39,666 nt of DNA from a bacterium (GTDB lineage Bacteria > Hydrothermota > 32-111). The DNA is taken from positions 1-39,666 of the forward strand of contig JAWOBN010000014.1 of the NCBI GenBank assembly GCA_046484245.1, read 5' to 3'. The position numbers and the translations under genes were made by a program. This document shows, piece after piece, positions 1-9,945 of the stretch. The notes below the pieces were generated by a model. That model ran no database searches and was not told the DNA's origin. It saw only the letters and a list, made by a program, of their open reading frames with translations. Each line of letters opens with the position of its first letter. Position 1 is the first letter of the stretch.

Positions 1-132
1 GTTTTTGAATATCACCTGAAGAGGGATGTGAGCCTGTACAAGGAGTATCATGCCCTTATTGTTAGATGCTGCAAGACATATTGCAGGACCAAGCCCCTGT
101 GCGGAAAATGCCCTATTAGAGGTATTCATTGA
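1..132 (+). CDS. 3' end of endonuclease III / HhH-GPD family DNA glycosylase (5'-truncated by window)
   Basis: Frame 1 is open from base 1 to TGA at 130-132 and reads VFEYHLKRDVSLYKEYHALIVRCCKTYCRTKPLCGKCPIRGIH. The YxEYHALIV...C-x5-C-x2-CP tail is typical of the Nth-like Fe-S C-terminus. Not in the ORF track. Confidence 0.8.
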   Translation, partial: VFEYHLKRDVSLYKEYHALIVRCCKTYCRTKPLCGKCPIRGIH

Positions 133-142
133 TTTACTATTA

Positions 143-204
143 TCCAAATCCCAAGGACGTATGTTGAATTTGCAGACATTTATGGTTCATCACCATTTTA
201 GTTG
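143..204. repeat. Degenerate fragment of the intergenic repeat family (arm-like motif plus GTTCATC..AGTTG motif)
   Basis: tccaaatcccaaggacgtatgttgaatttgca resembles the reverse complement of the right arm of the 158-bp element. 185-204 matches 38455-38474 at 15/20. Confidence 0.6.
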
Positions 205-221
205 GCGGATTTGCCTTATAA

Positions 222-334
222 ATTTGTTTTACCTTTTTGATGGACAGGTCAATATTATCTCAATTCCTGAGTAATATGCATGGTTGATCTATTGTCAACA
301 GGTGTCCCTTTGCCCTTATTTTGTCAAAACCACC
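222..334 (+). repeat. Repeat module A (precedes the 158-bp element)
   Basis: Aligns by eye with 38741-38854 (shared tcaacaggtgtcccttt...ttttgtcaaaac), partly with 39041-39099, and inverted with 15018-15085. Confidence 0.85.
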
Positions 335-492
335 TCCAAATCCCAGGGACGGTCCTTGCGATTTAAGCAATTTCTGGCCCGCTATTTATCAACTTACAGT
401 CATGGTCTATCTAAGTGATGTTAATTATCTACTTACAAAATTGTACTTTTGTCAATTTGTGCAAATTGCAACCATCGTCCCCGGGAATTGGA
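335..492. mobile_element. 158-bp non-autonomous inverted-repeat element (MITE/REPIN-like), copy 1
   Basis: Imperfect ~30-bp terminal inverted repeats (tccaaatcccagggacgg... / ...cgtccccgggaattgga). 142/158 identical and ungapped against 39100-39257. Mobility is inferred. Confidence 0.75.
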
Positions 493-678
493 CAAATGTT
501 TCATTATGCCTCCTGTCTCCGGCAGTCAGCTATGGTTCAATATGAGAAAGAACTGCAATAAAGCCATATCTTTGAACCCTCCCTTAATCCATTCTGCATA
601 TTCATTGTGGTTCGTTGAGATAATTCTATCTCAGAATGAGGCATTTCATTTCGGGGGATTACACTTAGAATGTAATGC

Positions 679-706
679 TTGTAAAATGAAAGATTTATTA
701 TATAAT
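679..706 (+). promoter_or_regulatory. Putative sigma70 promoter, probably leaderless
   Basis: TTGTAA(679-684)-16 bp-TATAAT(701-706). ATG at 714 is 7 nt downstream, with no SD. Confidence 0.6.
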
Positions 707-713
707 ATAGAAC

Positions 714-2033
714 ATGCGCAAAATTATTGTTTTATTGCTTATTATTACATCAGGCTGTGCCTATTTTAACACATTCTACAATGCCCGGTACTACTATGAA
801 AAAGCCGTCAAGCCCCTGGAGAATAATCAGAAGCCCAACACAGGATATCTGGATAAAGCAATAGAAAAATCATCCAAAATACTGCAGTTTCACCCTCAGT
901 CCCGTTATGTTGAGGAAGCCCTCATGATAATAGGCAAATCGTATATGTACAAGGGGGAATATACAAAAGCCATAAGAAAATTTGAGGAATTGGAGAGATA
1001 CTATCCTGATTCGCGGTACACTGATGAAATGGTCTATTTCAAGGCAATGACATATAGAGAACAGGGGGAAAACCGTCTTGCAGAACTCTATTTCCGGCAG
1101 CTCATTGAACAGGGCGGTCCATTTGCATCAAAGAGCATGTTCTCGCTCACTGAAATGTATATTGAGGGGAAACAGTTTCAGGAAGCCCTGGAATTGCTGG
1201 AATCTGGCGGTGAACTGAGCAATGAATCCAAGATGCTCTATCTTAATCAGAAGGTCTATTTTGAGAACAAGCAGTACAGTAAGGCGATTGATATATCGGA
1301 AAGAATAGATTTTGATGATTTGCAGTCACTCTACAGATTCAATTACATCAGTATATACATTACCTCGCTTATAGAGACAGGTCATTATGACAGGGCAGGT
1401 GATTTGATAGACAGGTATCTCAAGTATTTCCCGGACAATAGAATGAAGAATTCACTCTATCTGAAAAAAACCGATGTGCTGAGAAACAAGGACAGGAGAG
1501 AGGAAGCACTTGCCCTTATAGAGGATATTACTGCACAGAGATCTGTCCCGCTCAAGGATTCCATTCTATTCCGCCGGGGAGAGATCCTTGAATCCCTGGA
1601 GAGGTATGAGGAGGCACAGACAGCTTATAACAGGATAAAGGAAGAGATGCGGGGCAGTATTATGGAACCTGAGGTTGATCTGAAATTGATGTCACTGGGG
1701 CTCTATGAGGAGATAAGCCGTGATTCCATTGTTGACACGGATAAGATAGCAAAGAACAGATTCCTTCTTGCAGAGATCAATTATCTCAATCTCAAAAATA
1801 TTGAGAGTGCTGAGCATCTGTACAGTACTGTGAAGGACTCCTATCCCGATTCCTATTATGCTCCAAAGAGCCTCTATGCCCTCGGCATAATATTCATGAA
1901 GGAGAAGGGGGATACCTCTGAGGCACTGAAATATTTTGAGAGAATACTGAGTGATTATCCTGATGCGGAGATATATTTTGAAACCGAAGATATTGTGAAA
2001 CGGATAAAGAATGAAAGCAATTCTGAAGAATAA
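714..2033 (+). CDS. TPR-repeat lipoprotein (BamD/PorW-SprE-like)
   Basis: Signal peptide with lipobox ITSG-C followed by AYFNTFYNA. Repeated TPR/BamD-like YPDS..A..A motifs. 439 aa. Confidence 0.75.
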   Translation: MRKIIVLLLIITSGCAYFNTFYNARYYYEKAVKPLENNQKPNTGYLDKAIEKSSKILQFHPQSRYVEEALMIIGKSYMYKGEYTKAIRKFEELERYYPDSRYTDEMVYFKAMTYREQGENRLAELYFRQLIEQGGPFASKSMFSLTEMYIEGKQFQEALELLESGGELSNESKMLYLNQKVYFENKQYSKAIDISERIDFDDLQSLYRFNYISIYITSLIETGHYDRAGDLIDRYLKYFPDNRMKNSLYLKKTDVLRNKDRREEALALIEDITAQRSVPLKDSILFRRGEILESLERYEEAQTAYNRIKEEMRGSIMEPEVDLKLMSLGLYEEISRDSIVDTDKIAKNRFLLAEINYLNLKNIESAEHLYSTVKDSYPDSYYAPKSLYALGIIFMKEKGDTSEALKYFERILSDYPDAEIYFETEDIVKRIKNESNSEE

Positions 2034-2724
2034 CAGAAATATTACGGAGAATTTGCATATTCTCACATTTGCTGTTAAGAGTGACTTTGCTGTCAAACCG
2101 GGGCAATTTGTCAATATCACTGCACCTGACAAGAGTGTGCTTCTCAGAAGACCTTTCTCAATTATTGCAAGTGAAGGCAGGGAATTCTCAGTCCTTATCA
2201 AGGTAATAGGCAGTGGTACAGAATCCATTACCCGGATGAAAGAAGGTGATGAAACGGATGTACTCTATCCTCTCGGAAACGGGTATGCGGATGAAATTGA
2301 CCATGACAGTACATTGTTTATTGCAGGCGGAATAGGCATTGCCGGCATAATGATGTTTTTGAAAGAGGATTCTCATATTGTATTTGGTGACAGGAGGCAG
2401 GAGTACAGTGATATGATTGAGCATATGAATCTCAATTGCATATACTTCAGTGAAGAGGGGAATACCCGGTACAGGGGATTTGTTTCACAGTACAGCGGGA
2501 TCAATGATTACAGGCATATTGTTGCCTGCGGCCCGATGCCCATGTTTAAATCAATTCTGGCAATAATAGACAGTAATATCAGATTCACTGTTATCTGCGA
2601 GGAGATAATGGCATGCGGCATTGGCCTGTGCAATGGCTGCGCATTGAGGATGAAGGACGGTTCATTCAGAAAGGTCTGCACTGACGGACCGGTTTTCAAT
2701 GGCAGGGAGATAGAGTATGACTGA
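2011..2724 (+). CDS. pyrK: Dihydroorotate dehydrogenase electron transfer subunit
   Basis: PGQFV, LRRPFS, IAGGIG, ACGP and MACGIGLCNGC...CTDGPVF [2Fe-2S] motifs. Adjacent to pyrD. Confidence 0.95.
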   Translation: MKAILKNNRNITENLHILTFAVKSDFAVKPGQFVNITAPDKSVLLRRPFSIIASEGREFSVLIKVIGSGTESITRMKEGDETDVLYPLGNGYADEIDHDSTLFIAGGIGIAGIMMFLKEDSHIVFGDRRQEYSDMIEHMNLNCIYFSEEGNTRYRGFVSQYSGINDYRHIVACGPMPMFKSILAIIDSNIRFTVICEEIMACGIGLCNGCALRMKDGSFRKVCTDGPVFNGREIEYD

Positions 2725-3625
2725 TCTGACGGTAAGATTGGGCAGCACTGTTATTAAAACCCCGATAATAGGCGCATCGGGATGTTCCGGCTGGGGTAAG
2801 GAGATAAGCCGGTACAACAATATGGGCTCTGTAGGCGGGTTTATCACAAAGTCCGTTACACTAAAGCCCAAAAGAGGCAATGATCCGCCGCGCCTCCATG
2901 AAACACCTGCAGGTCTGCTCAATTCAATCGGTCTTGAAAATGAGGGTCTTGATTATTTTATTGATAACAGGATTGAGGAATTGTCTCAATACGAGACATC
3001 CGTGTTTGTCAATCTCGCCCCATTTGAGAAATATGAACTGACCTGTATGATAGAACAGCTCAATGCATTTGACTGTATTGACGGGTATGAGATCAATATA
3101 TCATGCCCCAATGTTCATAAAGGCGGATTCAATCTGAACAGTTCCATTGAAGATTCAAAGGAATTGCTCTCGGGAATAAGATGCAAGACAGACAAGACAC
3201 TGATTCTCAAACTTTCGCCTGCATTCAGCGAATCATTTGATATTGCACTGTTTGCGGAAGATGAGGGGATTGACAGTATTTCATTTACAAACACATATCT
3301 GGGAACAGCTGTGGATATTGATAAAAGGCGATTTGTATTCTCAAATAAAGTTGCCGGGCTCTCAGGTCCTGCAGTAAAGCCGATGTCACTCTGGAATGTA
3401 TACAGGATGACACGGACAGTGGACATTCCCGTTATCGGAATAGGCGGGATAATGAATACAGCAGACATTATTGAATACATAATGGCCGGGGCACATGCTG
3501 TTCAGATCGGTACAGGTCTGCTCATTGAACCGGACATACTGGAGAGGCTCCCCCGTGAGCTTAAGGCATTCATGAGTAAAGAGGGTTTTGAGAATATTGA
3601 AGATATGAGAGGGATAATAAAATAG
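2717..3625 (+). CDS. pyrD: Dihydroorotate dehydrogenase family 1B catalytic subunit
   Basis: ASG, LNSIGLEN, EINISCPN, KLSP, GLSGPAVKP and IGIGGI motifs. Confidence 0.96.
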   Translation: MTDLTVRLGSTVIKTPIIGASGCSGWGKEISRYNNMGSVGGFITKSVTLKPKRGNDPPRLHETPAGLLNSIGLENEGLDYFIDNRIEELSQYETSVFVNLAPFEKYELTCMIEQLNAFDCIDGYEINISCPNVHKGGFNLNSSIEDSKELLSGIRCKTDKTLILKLSPAFSESFDIALFAEDEGIDSISFTNTYLGTAVDIDKRRFVFSNKVAGLSGPAVKPMSLWNVYRMTRTVDIPVIGIGGIMNTADIIEYIMAGAHAVQIGTGLLIEPDILERLPRELKAFMSKEGFENIEDMRGIIK

Positions 3626-3633
3626 GAGATTAT

Positions 3634-4362
3634 ATGGATATTAGAGAAAGGCTTATTGTAGCACTTGATGTGGAGAATATGGAGAAGGCGCTGGAGATTG
3701 TTGACAGGGCAGGTGATGATATTATTACCTATAAGGTCGGCCTTCAGATGTTCTCCGCATTCGGCACCAAGATCATAGATGCCCTTAAAGAGAGGGATAA
3801 AAAGGTGTTCCTGGATCTCAAATTCCATGATATACCCAATACAGTTCTCAAAGCAACAGAGGTGGCATTTCACAAAGATGTGGATATGCTCACCATACAT
3901 TCAATGGGCGGATTCTCCATGATGGAATCAGTTGCAAAACTGATATGGCAGTGGAAGGATCACGGCAAACAGCCCCCTGTTGTGCTTGGTGTAACACTGC
4001 TTACTTCACTTGACGGCGCTTTTCTTGAGGATATTATAGGTGCAGAAGGCAGAACAGTTGAAGAGGAAGTGGTTATTCTTGCCAGGGCAGTCAAGTCAGC
4101 CGGTCTTACGGGTGTGGTGGCTTCACCCGGGGAAATATCCCATATAAGGCAGGAATGCGGCGATGATTTTCTTATAGTGACACCGGGCATAAGGCCTCTC
4201 GGTTACGGGAATGATGACCAGGCAAGAGTGTCAACACCCGAGGAGGCAATCAGAAGGGGAGCTGATTATATTGTCGTGGGCAGGCCTATTACACAGAGTG
4301 AAGATATAAGTCAGTCAATTAATTCAATACTGGATTCAATGAAGGAAGGTATCAATGGATAG
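3634..4362 (+). CDS. pyrF: Orotidine-5'-phosphate decarboxylase
   Basis: IVALD, FLDLKFHDIPNT, TPGIR, DDQ and VVGRPI motifs. SD aggag upstream. Confidence 0.97.
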   Translation: MDIRERLIVALDVENMEKALEIVDRAGDDIITYKVGLQMFSAFGTKIIDALKERDKKVFLDLKFHDIPNTVLKATEVAFHKDVDMLTIHSMGGFSMMESVAKLIWQWKDHGKQPPVVLGVTLLTSLDGAFLEDIIGAEGRTVEEEVVILARAVKSAGLTGVVASPGEISHIRQECGDDFLIVTPGIRPLGYGNDDQARVSTPEEAIRRGADYIVVGRPITQSEDISQSINSILDSMKEGING

Positions 4363-4909
4363 AAGTATTCTGGAGAGAGAGGGAGCAATACTCAGTGGGC
4401 ATTTCCTGCTCACATCAGGGAGGCATTCCGATGTATATTTTGAGAAGTTCCGTCTGCTTGAGAATCCGGATATACTCACTGCACTTGTCAGTGAGATTAT
4501 TGACAGTATGGAGGATGTATCATTTGATTATGTGGCAGGACCTGCAACAGGCGGTATGATAACTGCCTATGAATTTGCGCGCCAGCTCTCTGCAAGAAGC
4601 GCATATATAGAAAAGAGGGACAGTGAGATGGGGTTTTTCAGGGATACACCTATTGGCGGCAGTGACAGCATACTTGTTGTTGATGATGTATTGACAACAG
4701 GCAAATCACTGATTCAATCCATTGAGGCAATAAAAAGAGTAACGAAGAATATAAAGGCTGCTGCTGTCCTTATTGACAGAAGCAGTGAACTGAATTTACA
4801 ATATCCTCTGTACAGGGGCATTACAGTTGAGGCAGAATCATATTCTGCTCATAATTGCCCTCTCTGTAAACAGGGTATTGAATTAATCAGACCGGGTGGA
4901 AAACGGTAA
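4355..4909 (+). CDS. pyrE: Orotate phosphoribosyltransferase
   Basis: GHFLLTSGRHS and the PRPP motif VVDDVLTTGKS. Confidence 0.95.
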   Translation: MDRSILEREGAILSGHFLLTSGRHSDVYFEKFRLLENPDILTALVSEIIDSMEDVSFDYVAGPATGGMITAYEFARQLSARSAYIEKRDSEMGFFRDTPIGGSDSILVVDDVLTTGKSLIQSIEAIKRVTKNIKAAAVLIDRSSELNLQYPLYRGITVEAESYSAHNCPLCKQGIELIRPGGKR

Positions 4910-4918
4910 GGAGGAAAG

Positions 4919-5668
4919 ATGTCGGGTCATAATAAATGGAGTTCCATTAAGCACAAGAAAGGCAAAGAGGACAAGAAGAGAAGCAAGATATTCTCCAAGG
5001 TCACAAAAGAGATAATGCTGGCTGCAAGAGAGGGCGGAGGGGACCCTGAGATGAATGCACGCCTGAGGAATGCCATTGAGCATGCCAAGGAAGTCAATAT
5101 GCCTCAGGATAATGTTGACAGGGCTATCAAGAAGGGAACAGGTGATCTGGAAGGCACGAGAATAGAAGAGGCGCATTATGAAGGGTACGGCCCGGGCGGT
5201 GTGGCATTGCTGGTTGAGGTCGCTACTGACAATAAGAACAGGACTGCTTCCGAGATCAAGCATATATTCTCAAAGTACAATGGTTCCATGGGTTCAATAG
5301 GTTCAGTTACATGGATGTTTGACCGCAAGGGTATTATTGATATTGAGAAGGGCAGATATGATTTTGACAAGATAATGGATATCTCCATTGAAAATGGTGC
5401 TGAGGATGTTATCAATGAGGAGGAGACAGTGGAGATCATAACATCTGACCAGGACTTCAGTGCAGTGAAGAATGCATTGCTTGATGCGGAAATAGAGATG
5501 GTAAGAGCAGAGATCACAAAAATCCCGCAGTCAACAAAGGAACTGGATGAATCAACAGCATCCTCATTATTCAAGCTCATAGATAAACTGGATGAATGTG
5601 ATGATGTCCAGAATATATATGCCAATTATGATGTGGATGACAAGATACTGGAGAAACTGGCAGAATGA
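4919..5668 (+). CDS. yebC: YebC/PmpR family protein
   Basis: MSGHNKWSSIKHKK start, YEGYGPGG, TDNKNRT and DDVQNIY motifs. Confidence 0.96.
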   Translation: MSGHNKWSSIKHKKGKEDKKRSKIFSKVTKEIMLAAREGGGDPEMNARLRNAIEHAKEVNMPQDNVDRAIKKGTGDLEGTRIEEAHYEGYGPGGVALLVEVATDNKNRTASEIKHIFSKYNGSMGSIGSVTWMFDRKGIIDIEKGRYDFDKIMDISIENGAEDVINEEETVEIITSDQDFSAVKNALLDAEIEMVRAEITKIPQSTKELDESTASSLFKLIDKLDECDDVQNIYANYDVDDKILEKLAE

Positions 5669-6135
5669 GGATTATTGCATTTGACCCTTCCTTAAGGCAG
5701 ACAGGTTATGCCATAGTTGATTTCCCGTCACTGGATATTATCTCGGGCGGTATTATCACAACAGACCCGCGTGAGGAATTCCCTGACAGGATATATGAGA
5801 TATTCACCAAGGCAAAGGAATTATTCACTGATTTCGGCAATGGACTGGAGCATGCTGTATTTGAGGAATCCTTTTACAATAAGAATGTAAAATCAGCCAA
5901 TAAACTGGCACAGGTCAGAGCTGTGCTCATTATTGCCGCCAAGGAAGCCGGGTGCTCAATTGCACTGTATGCACCCAATACAATAAAGAAATCGGTGACA
6001 GGCAAAGGACATGCCTCAAAAGAGCAGGTGGCATTCATGGTAAAGAAGATATACAATATTGACAGGGATATTCCCGATGACCTTTCCGATGCACTTGCAG
6101 TTGCCTATACATTCAATTCAAGGAGCAGCTTATGA
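5665..6135 (+). CDS. ruvC: Holliday junction resolvase RuvC
   Basis: DP..TGYA, KKSVTGKGHASKEQV and D.SDALAVA motifs. Context yebC-ruvCAB. Confidence 0.95.
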   Translation: MRIIAFDPSLRQTGYAIVDFPSLDIISGGIITTDPREEFPDRIYEIFTKAKELFTDFGNGLEHAVFEESFYNKNVKSANKLAQVRAVLIIAAKEAGCSIALYAPNTIKKSVTGKGHASKEQVAFMVKKIYNIDRDIPDDLSDALAVAYTFNSRSSL

Positions 6136-6689
6136 ACAGTCATATCAAGGGCATAATATTTGAAAAATTCCCGGGCAGTATTGTCCTGGACAACAATGGT
6201 ATAGGATATCAGATCAATGTATCCATGAATACATATGAGGATATACCTGAGGAGGGTGAATTCCTCGTATATACCTATCTCAGCATAAAGAATGAGGAGG
6301 TCAGCATATACGGATTTTCAACAAAGAAGGAACGCGCTGTATTCAATCAATTGACCGGCATTCCTAAGATAGGCCCCAAGACAGCCCTCTCTGTATTCAA
6401 CACATTGTCACCAAAACAATTTGAGAATGCAGTATATAATTCTGATGACAAGACACTTGCCACAGTAAAGGGCATAAGCAAGAAGACAGCGGGCAGGATA
6501 ATTCTGGAGCTTTCGGGGAAACTGGAATTTGATGAAAAGCCTGCATCCAGTGATGCCTATGATGCACTCATAGTATTGGGATACAAGCCCAAATCAATTG
6601 AAAAGACACTAAGCAAGGTAATGAAGGATAATGGTGAAGATATTTCAACAGAGGAAATAATCAAGAAAGCTCTGGAGATATTGAGATGA
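6132..6689 (+). CDS. ruvA: Holliday junction branch migration protein RuvA
   Basis: GIGY OB domain, HhH motifs IGPKTAL and GISKKTA, C-terminal AL..LGY. Confidence 0.95.
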   Translation: MNSHIKGIIFEKFPGSIVLDNNGIGYQINVSMNTYEDIPEEGEFLVYTYLSIKNEEVSIYGFSTKKERAVFNQLTGIPKIGPKTALSVFNTLSPKQFENAVYNSDDKTLATVKGISKKTAGRIILELSGKLEFDEKPASSDAYDALIVLGYKPKSIEKTLSKVMKDNGEDISTEEIIKKALEILR

Positions 6690-7702
6690 ATAAAGAGATA
6701 ATTTCTTCCGGACAGCTCAGTGGCGAGGATAAATTTGAGGAAACATTAAGGCCCTCAAAACTTGATGAATTTATCGGTCAGTCAAAACTCAAGGATAATC
6801 TCCTTGTATTTATTGAATCAGCGAGGAGAAGGGATGATGTGCTTGATCATGTGCTTCTCTTCGGTCCCCCGGGACTTGGCAAAACAACACTGTCTCATAT
6901 TATTGCAAATGAGATGGATGTTGATATTGTTGCAACATCGGGTCCTGTAATAGAAAAACCAGGTGACCTTGCTGGTCTTCTCACAAAACTGAAGAAAGGC
7001 GATGTGCTCTTCATAGATGAAATACACAGGATCAACAGAGTTGTTGAGGAGTATCTGTATTCAGCTGTTGAGGATTTTGTTATTGATATAATGATTGACA
7101 GCGGGCCTTCTGCAAGGAGTGTAAAACTCAATCTTAAGCCATTTACGCTCATTGGCGCAACAACAAGAAGCGGTCTCCTCACAGGGCCCATGAGAAGCAG
7201 ATTCGGTGTGATGAAGCGCCTCAATTTCTACAGTGAGGATGAATTAACAAACATAATAGAGAGATCGGCGCGTATTCTTGACATAGAGGCGGATGATGAA
7301 GGAATAAGGGAGATTGCCCGCCGCTCAAGGGGAACACCGAGAATTGCCAACCGCCTTTTGAAGCGTGTCCGCGATTTTGCTGTTGTGAAAGGCACCGGTG
7401 TTATTGATATGGATATCGCCCTTAAATCAATGGAAATGCTTGAAGTTGATTCACTTGGACTTGATGAAGTGAGTGTCAATATACTGGAGACGATTATAGA
7501 AAAATACTCCGGTGGTCCTGTAGGCATATCAACAATAGCTGTGTCAATAGGTGATACTGCAGAGACAATAGAAGAGGTGTATGAACCCTTTCTGATACTC
7601 AAGGGTCTGATAAAGCGCACACCCAGGGGCAGGGTCGCAACAGACCTCGCTTACAGGCATCTTGGTATAAACAGAAAAGGCAAAGAGGATACACTGTTTT
7701 AA
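6686..7702 (+). CDS. ruvB: Holliday junction branch migration ATPase RuvB
   Basis: [35 protein letters not shown] and RTPRGR motifs. Confidence 0.98.
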   Translation: MNKEIISSGQLSGEDKFEETLRPSKLDEFIGQSKLKDNLLVFIESARRRDDVLDHVLLFGPPGLGKTTLSHIIANEMDVDIVATSGPVIEKPGDLAGLLTKLKKGDVLFIDEIHRINRVVEEYLYSAVEDFVIDIMIDSGPSARSVKLNLKPFTLIGATTRSGLLTGPMRSRFGVMKRLNFYSEDELTNIIERSARILDIEADDEGIREIARRSRGTPRIANRLLKRVRDFAVVKGTGVIDMDIALKSMEMLEVDSLGLDEVSVNILETIIEKYSGGPVGISTIAVSIGDTAETIEEVYEPFLILKGLIKRTPRGRVATDLAYRHLGINRKGKEDTLF

Positions 7703-7725
7703 TGATTACCCCCCTTTAGAGAATT

Positions 7726-8751
7726 ATGGAATTGGATAAATTTGATTATCATCTGCCCCGAGAGCTTATTGCCTCTTATCCAAAAGAGAGGGGTAAGTCC
7801 GGGCTGATGATACTCAATAGAAAGAAAATGAGCATCAGTCACAGTATCTTTGAACAATTGCCTGAAATCCTTGATTACCCTGTTATGATAGTGCGCAATA
7901 TAACGCATGTGGTGAAGACCCGCATATATGCCCGGCGCAGCACAGGAGCCGGGACAGAGGTGCTTATATTGAATCCTCACAGTAAAGGGGAATGTTTTGA
8001 AGCACTTATACATAAGGGGGGGCGGCTTAAGAAGAATGAAAAACTAAGGGTTTCCCGGACAAGCAGTATTGAAGTGCTGGGAAGGGAAAATGAGATATTC
8101 AATATCAGGGTGCATAGTGAATCGCCTGTTGAAGAGTTTTTTGAAGAGCATGGGCATGTGCCCCTGCCCCCATATATAAGGAGACCTGATGAATATGTTG
8201 ACAGAGACACATATCAGACAGTATATTCAAAAGTACCCGGCTCATCAGCAGCCCCGACAGCAGGGCTTCATTTTTCTCAGGATATAATTGAACAGCTTGA
8301 AGACAATGGGGCTGAGTTCATAGATATACTGCTGCATGTCGGATTGGGTACATTTGAACCTGTGAAGACAGAGAGCATTGAGGAGCATGAGATGCACAGT
8401 GAATATTTCAGTATTTCAGAGGATGCATGCCTGAAACTCACTGATGCACGGCGTGAGAACATACCGGTGCTTGCCATTGGCACCACATCACTGAGGGTTC
8501 TTGAAACAGTGTATGATGCTGCCGCAAGGGTCTATGAACCCCGCACGGGGTTTACGGACATATTCATACATCCGCCTATGAAGATACATTCTGCAGATAT
8601 GCTCCTTACAAATTTCCATCTGCCCAAATCAACCCTCCTGATGCTCGTTTCCAGTTTTGCAGGCAGAAAATTCATATTGAATGCATATGCTGAAGCAGTT
8701 AAGAAGAATTACAGATTCTTCTCATACGGCGACAGCATGCTTATAAGGTGA
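7726..8751 (+). CDS. queA: S-adenosylmethionine:tRNA ribosyltransferase-isomerase
   Basis: FDYHLP.ELIA, PLPPYI, YQTVY, AAPTAGLHF, TNFHLPKSTL and YRFFSYGD motifs. Confidence 0.97.
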   Translation: MELDKFDYHLPRELIASYPKERGKSGLMILNRKKMSISHSIFEQLPEILDYPVMIVRNITHVVKTRIYARRSTGAGTEVLILNPHSKGECFEALIHKGGRLKKNEKLRVSRTSSIEVLGRENEIFNIRVHSESPVEEFFEEHGHVPLPPYIRRPDEYVDRDTYQTVYSKVPGSSAAPTAGLHFSQDIIEQLEDNGAEFIDILLHVGLGTFEPVKTESIEEHEMHSEYFSISEDACLKLTDARRENIPVLAIGTTSLRVLETVYDAAARVYEPRTGFTDIFIHPPMKIHSADMLLTNFHLPKSTLLMLVSSFAGRKFILNAYAEAVKKNYRFFSYGDSMLIR

Positions 8752-8755
8752 CTGT

Positions 8756-9814
8756 ATGTTTAATTTGATGAAGAAAAACGGCAAAAAGAGAAGAGGCAGA
8801 ATAGTTACGGACTCAGGCATTATTGAGACACCCGCATTCATGCCTGTTTCCACTCAGGCAACTCCGAAGGCATTGACAACTCAGGATATGAAGCGTCTTG
8901 ATGTGCAGGTGTTTATTTCAAATACCTATCATCTCTATCTCAGACCCGGGCTGGAGATAATTGAACATGCAGGAGGAATACACAGATTCATGGACTGGGA
9001 CAGACCTGTATTCACTGACTCAGGAGGATTCCAGGTGCTCTCCCTTGCCCAGCTCCGTGAATTTGAGGAGGATGGTGTAATGTTCCAATCCCACATAGAC
9101 GGTTCATATCATAAATTCACACCTCAGAACAATGTAGATATGCAGAGAAAAATAGGCAGTGATATTATGATGGTGCTTGATGAATGCACACGGTACCCTG
9201 CAACTGAGGAGTATGCAAGAACATCAATGGACAGGACAATCCGGTGGGCTGCAGATGCCAGGGAGGCATTTGTCGGATCAAAACCCCTGTACTCAAAAAA
9301 TCAGTTTCAATTCGGTATTATCCAGGGCTCTGTTTACGAGAATCTCAGAAGAGAATGCGCATCAAAACTGAGGGATATGGATTTTGAGGGTTATGCAATG
9401 GGCGGAGTGGCAATAGGGGAGACAAAGGAGAACATCAATTCCATTATTGATATGGCTGACGAGATTATGCCTGAGGATAAGCCGAGATATCTCATGGGAG
9501 TCGGCAAACTGGAGGATATTGAATATGCTGTAAAGGAGGGATTTGATATATTTGACTGTGTCGTGCCGACAAGGAATGCCAGAAACGGCACCCTGTTTAC
9601 TGACATGGGAAGAATCATAATAAGCAATGCGCAATTTAAGGATGACCACAGTCCTGTTGATAAATCATGCAATTGCCGGTTATGCACGCATTACACTCGC
9701 TCTTATCTCCATCATCTTTTCAGGGCAAATGAAATAGCAGGCCTCATGCTTGCAACAGAACACAATATCAATTATTATATGCGGTTCATGAAAAGGATAA
9801 GGGATGAGATCTGA
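8756..9814 (+). CDS. tgt: tRNA-guanine(34) transglycosylase
   Basis: TPAFMP, NTYHL, TDSGGFQV, PRYLMGVG, FDCVVPTRNARNG and Zn motif CxCxxC...H. Confidence 0.97.
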   Translation: MFNLMKKNGKKRRGRIVTDSGIIETPAFMPVSTQATPKALTTQDMKRLDVQVFISNTYHLYLRPGLEIIEHAGGIHRFMDWDRPVFTDSGGFQVLSLAQLREFEEDGVMFQSHIDGSYHKFTPQNNVDMQRKIGSDIMMVLDECTRYPATEEYARTSMDRTIRWAADAREAFVGSKPLYSKNQFQFGIIQGSVYENLRRECASKLRDMDFEGYAMGGVAIGETKENINSIIDMADEIMPEDKPRYLMGVGKLEDIEYAVKEGFDIFDCVVPTRNARNGTLFTDMGRIIISNAQFKDDHSPVDKSCNCRLCTHYTRSYLHHLFRANEIAGLMLATEHNINYYMRFMKRIRDEI

Positions 9815-9922
9815 ATTTCTCAATGGTTTAAAAAAACAGCTTACTTTGAATTATTGAATAAATTCCGGAATAAAGAAAATGAATCTGTTAAAATGTGCAT
9901 TGAAATGAAAAGAAGGGCATCT

Positions 9923-9943
9923 TCACGGGTCAATACCCTGTGA
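9923..9943. terminator. Possible hairpin between convergent tgt and Ldh_2 genes
   Basis: tcacgggt-caat-accc(t)gtga imperfect stem right next to the Ldh_2 stop. Weak U-tract. Confidence 0.3.
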
Positions 9944-9945
9944 TT

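Noticed and set aside
617..634. Short hairpin tgagata-attc-tatctca upstream of the first promoter
   Set aside because: A single 7-bp AT-rich stem could be chance or an operator; no second copy was seen.
50..769. ORFs 50-274, 321-545 and 449-769
   Set aside because: The first overlaps the real endonuclease III tail in another frame. The others run through the repeat elements and promoter. None has recognisable motifs.
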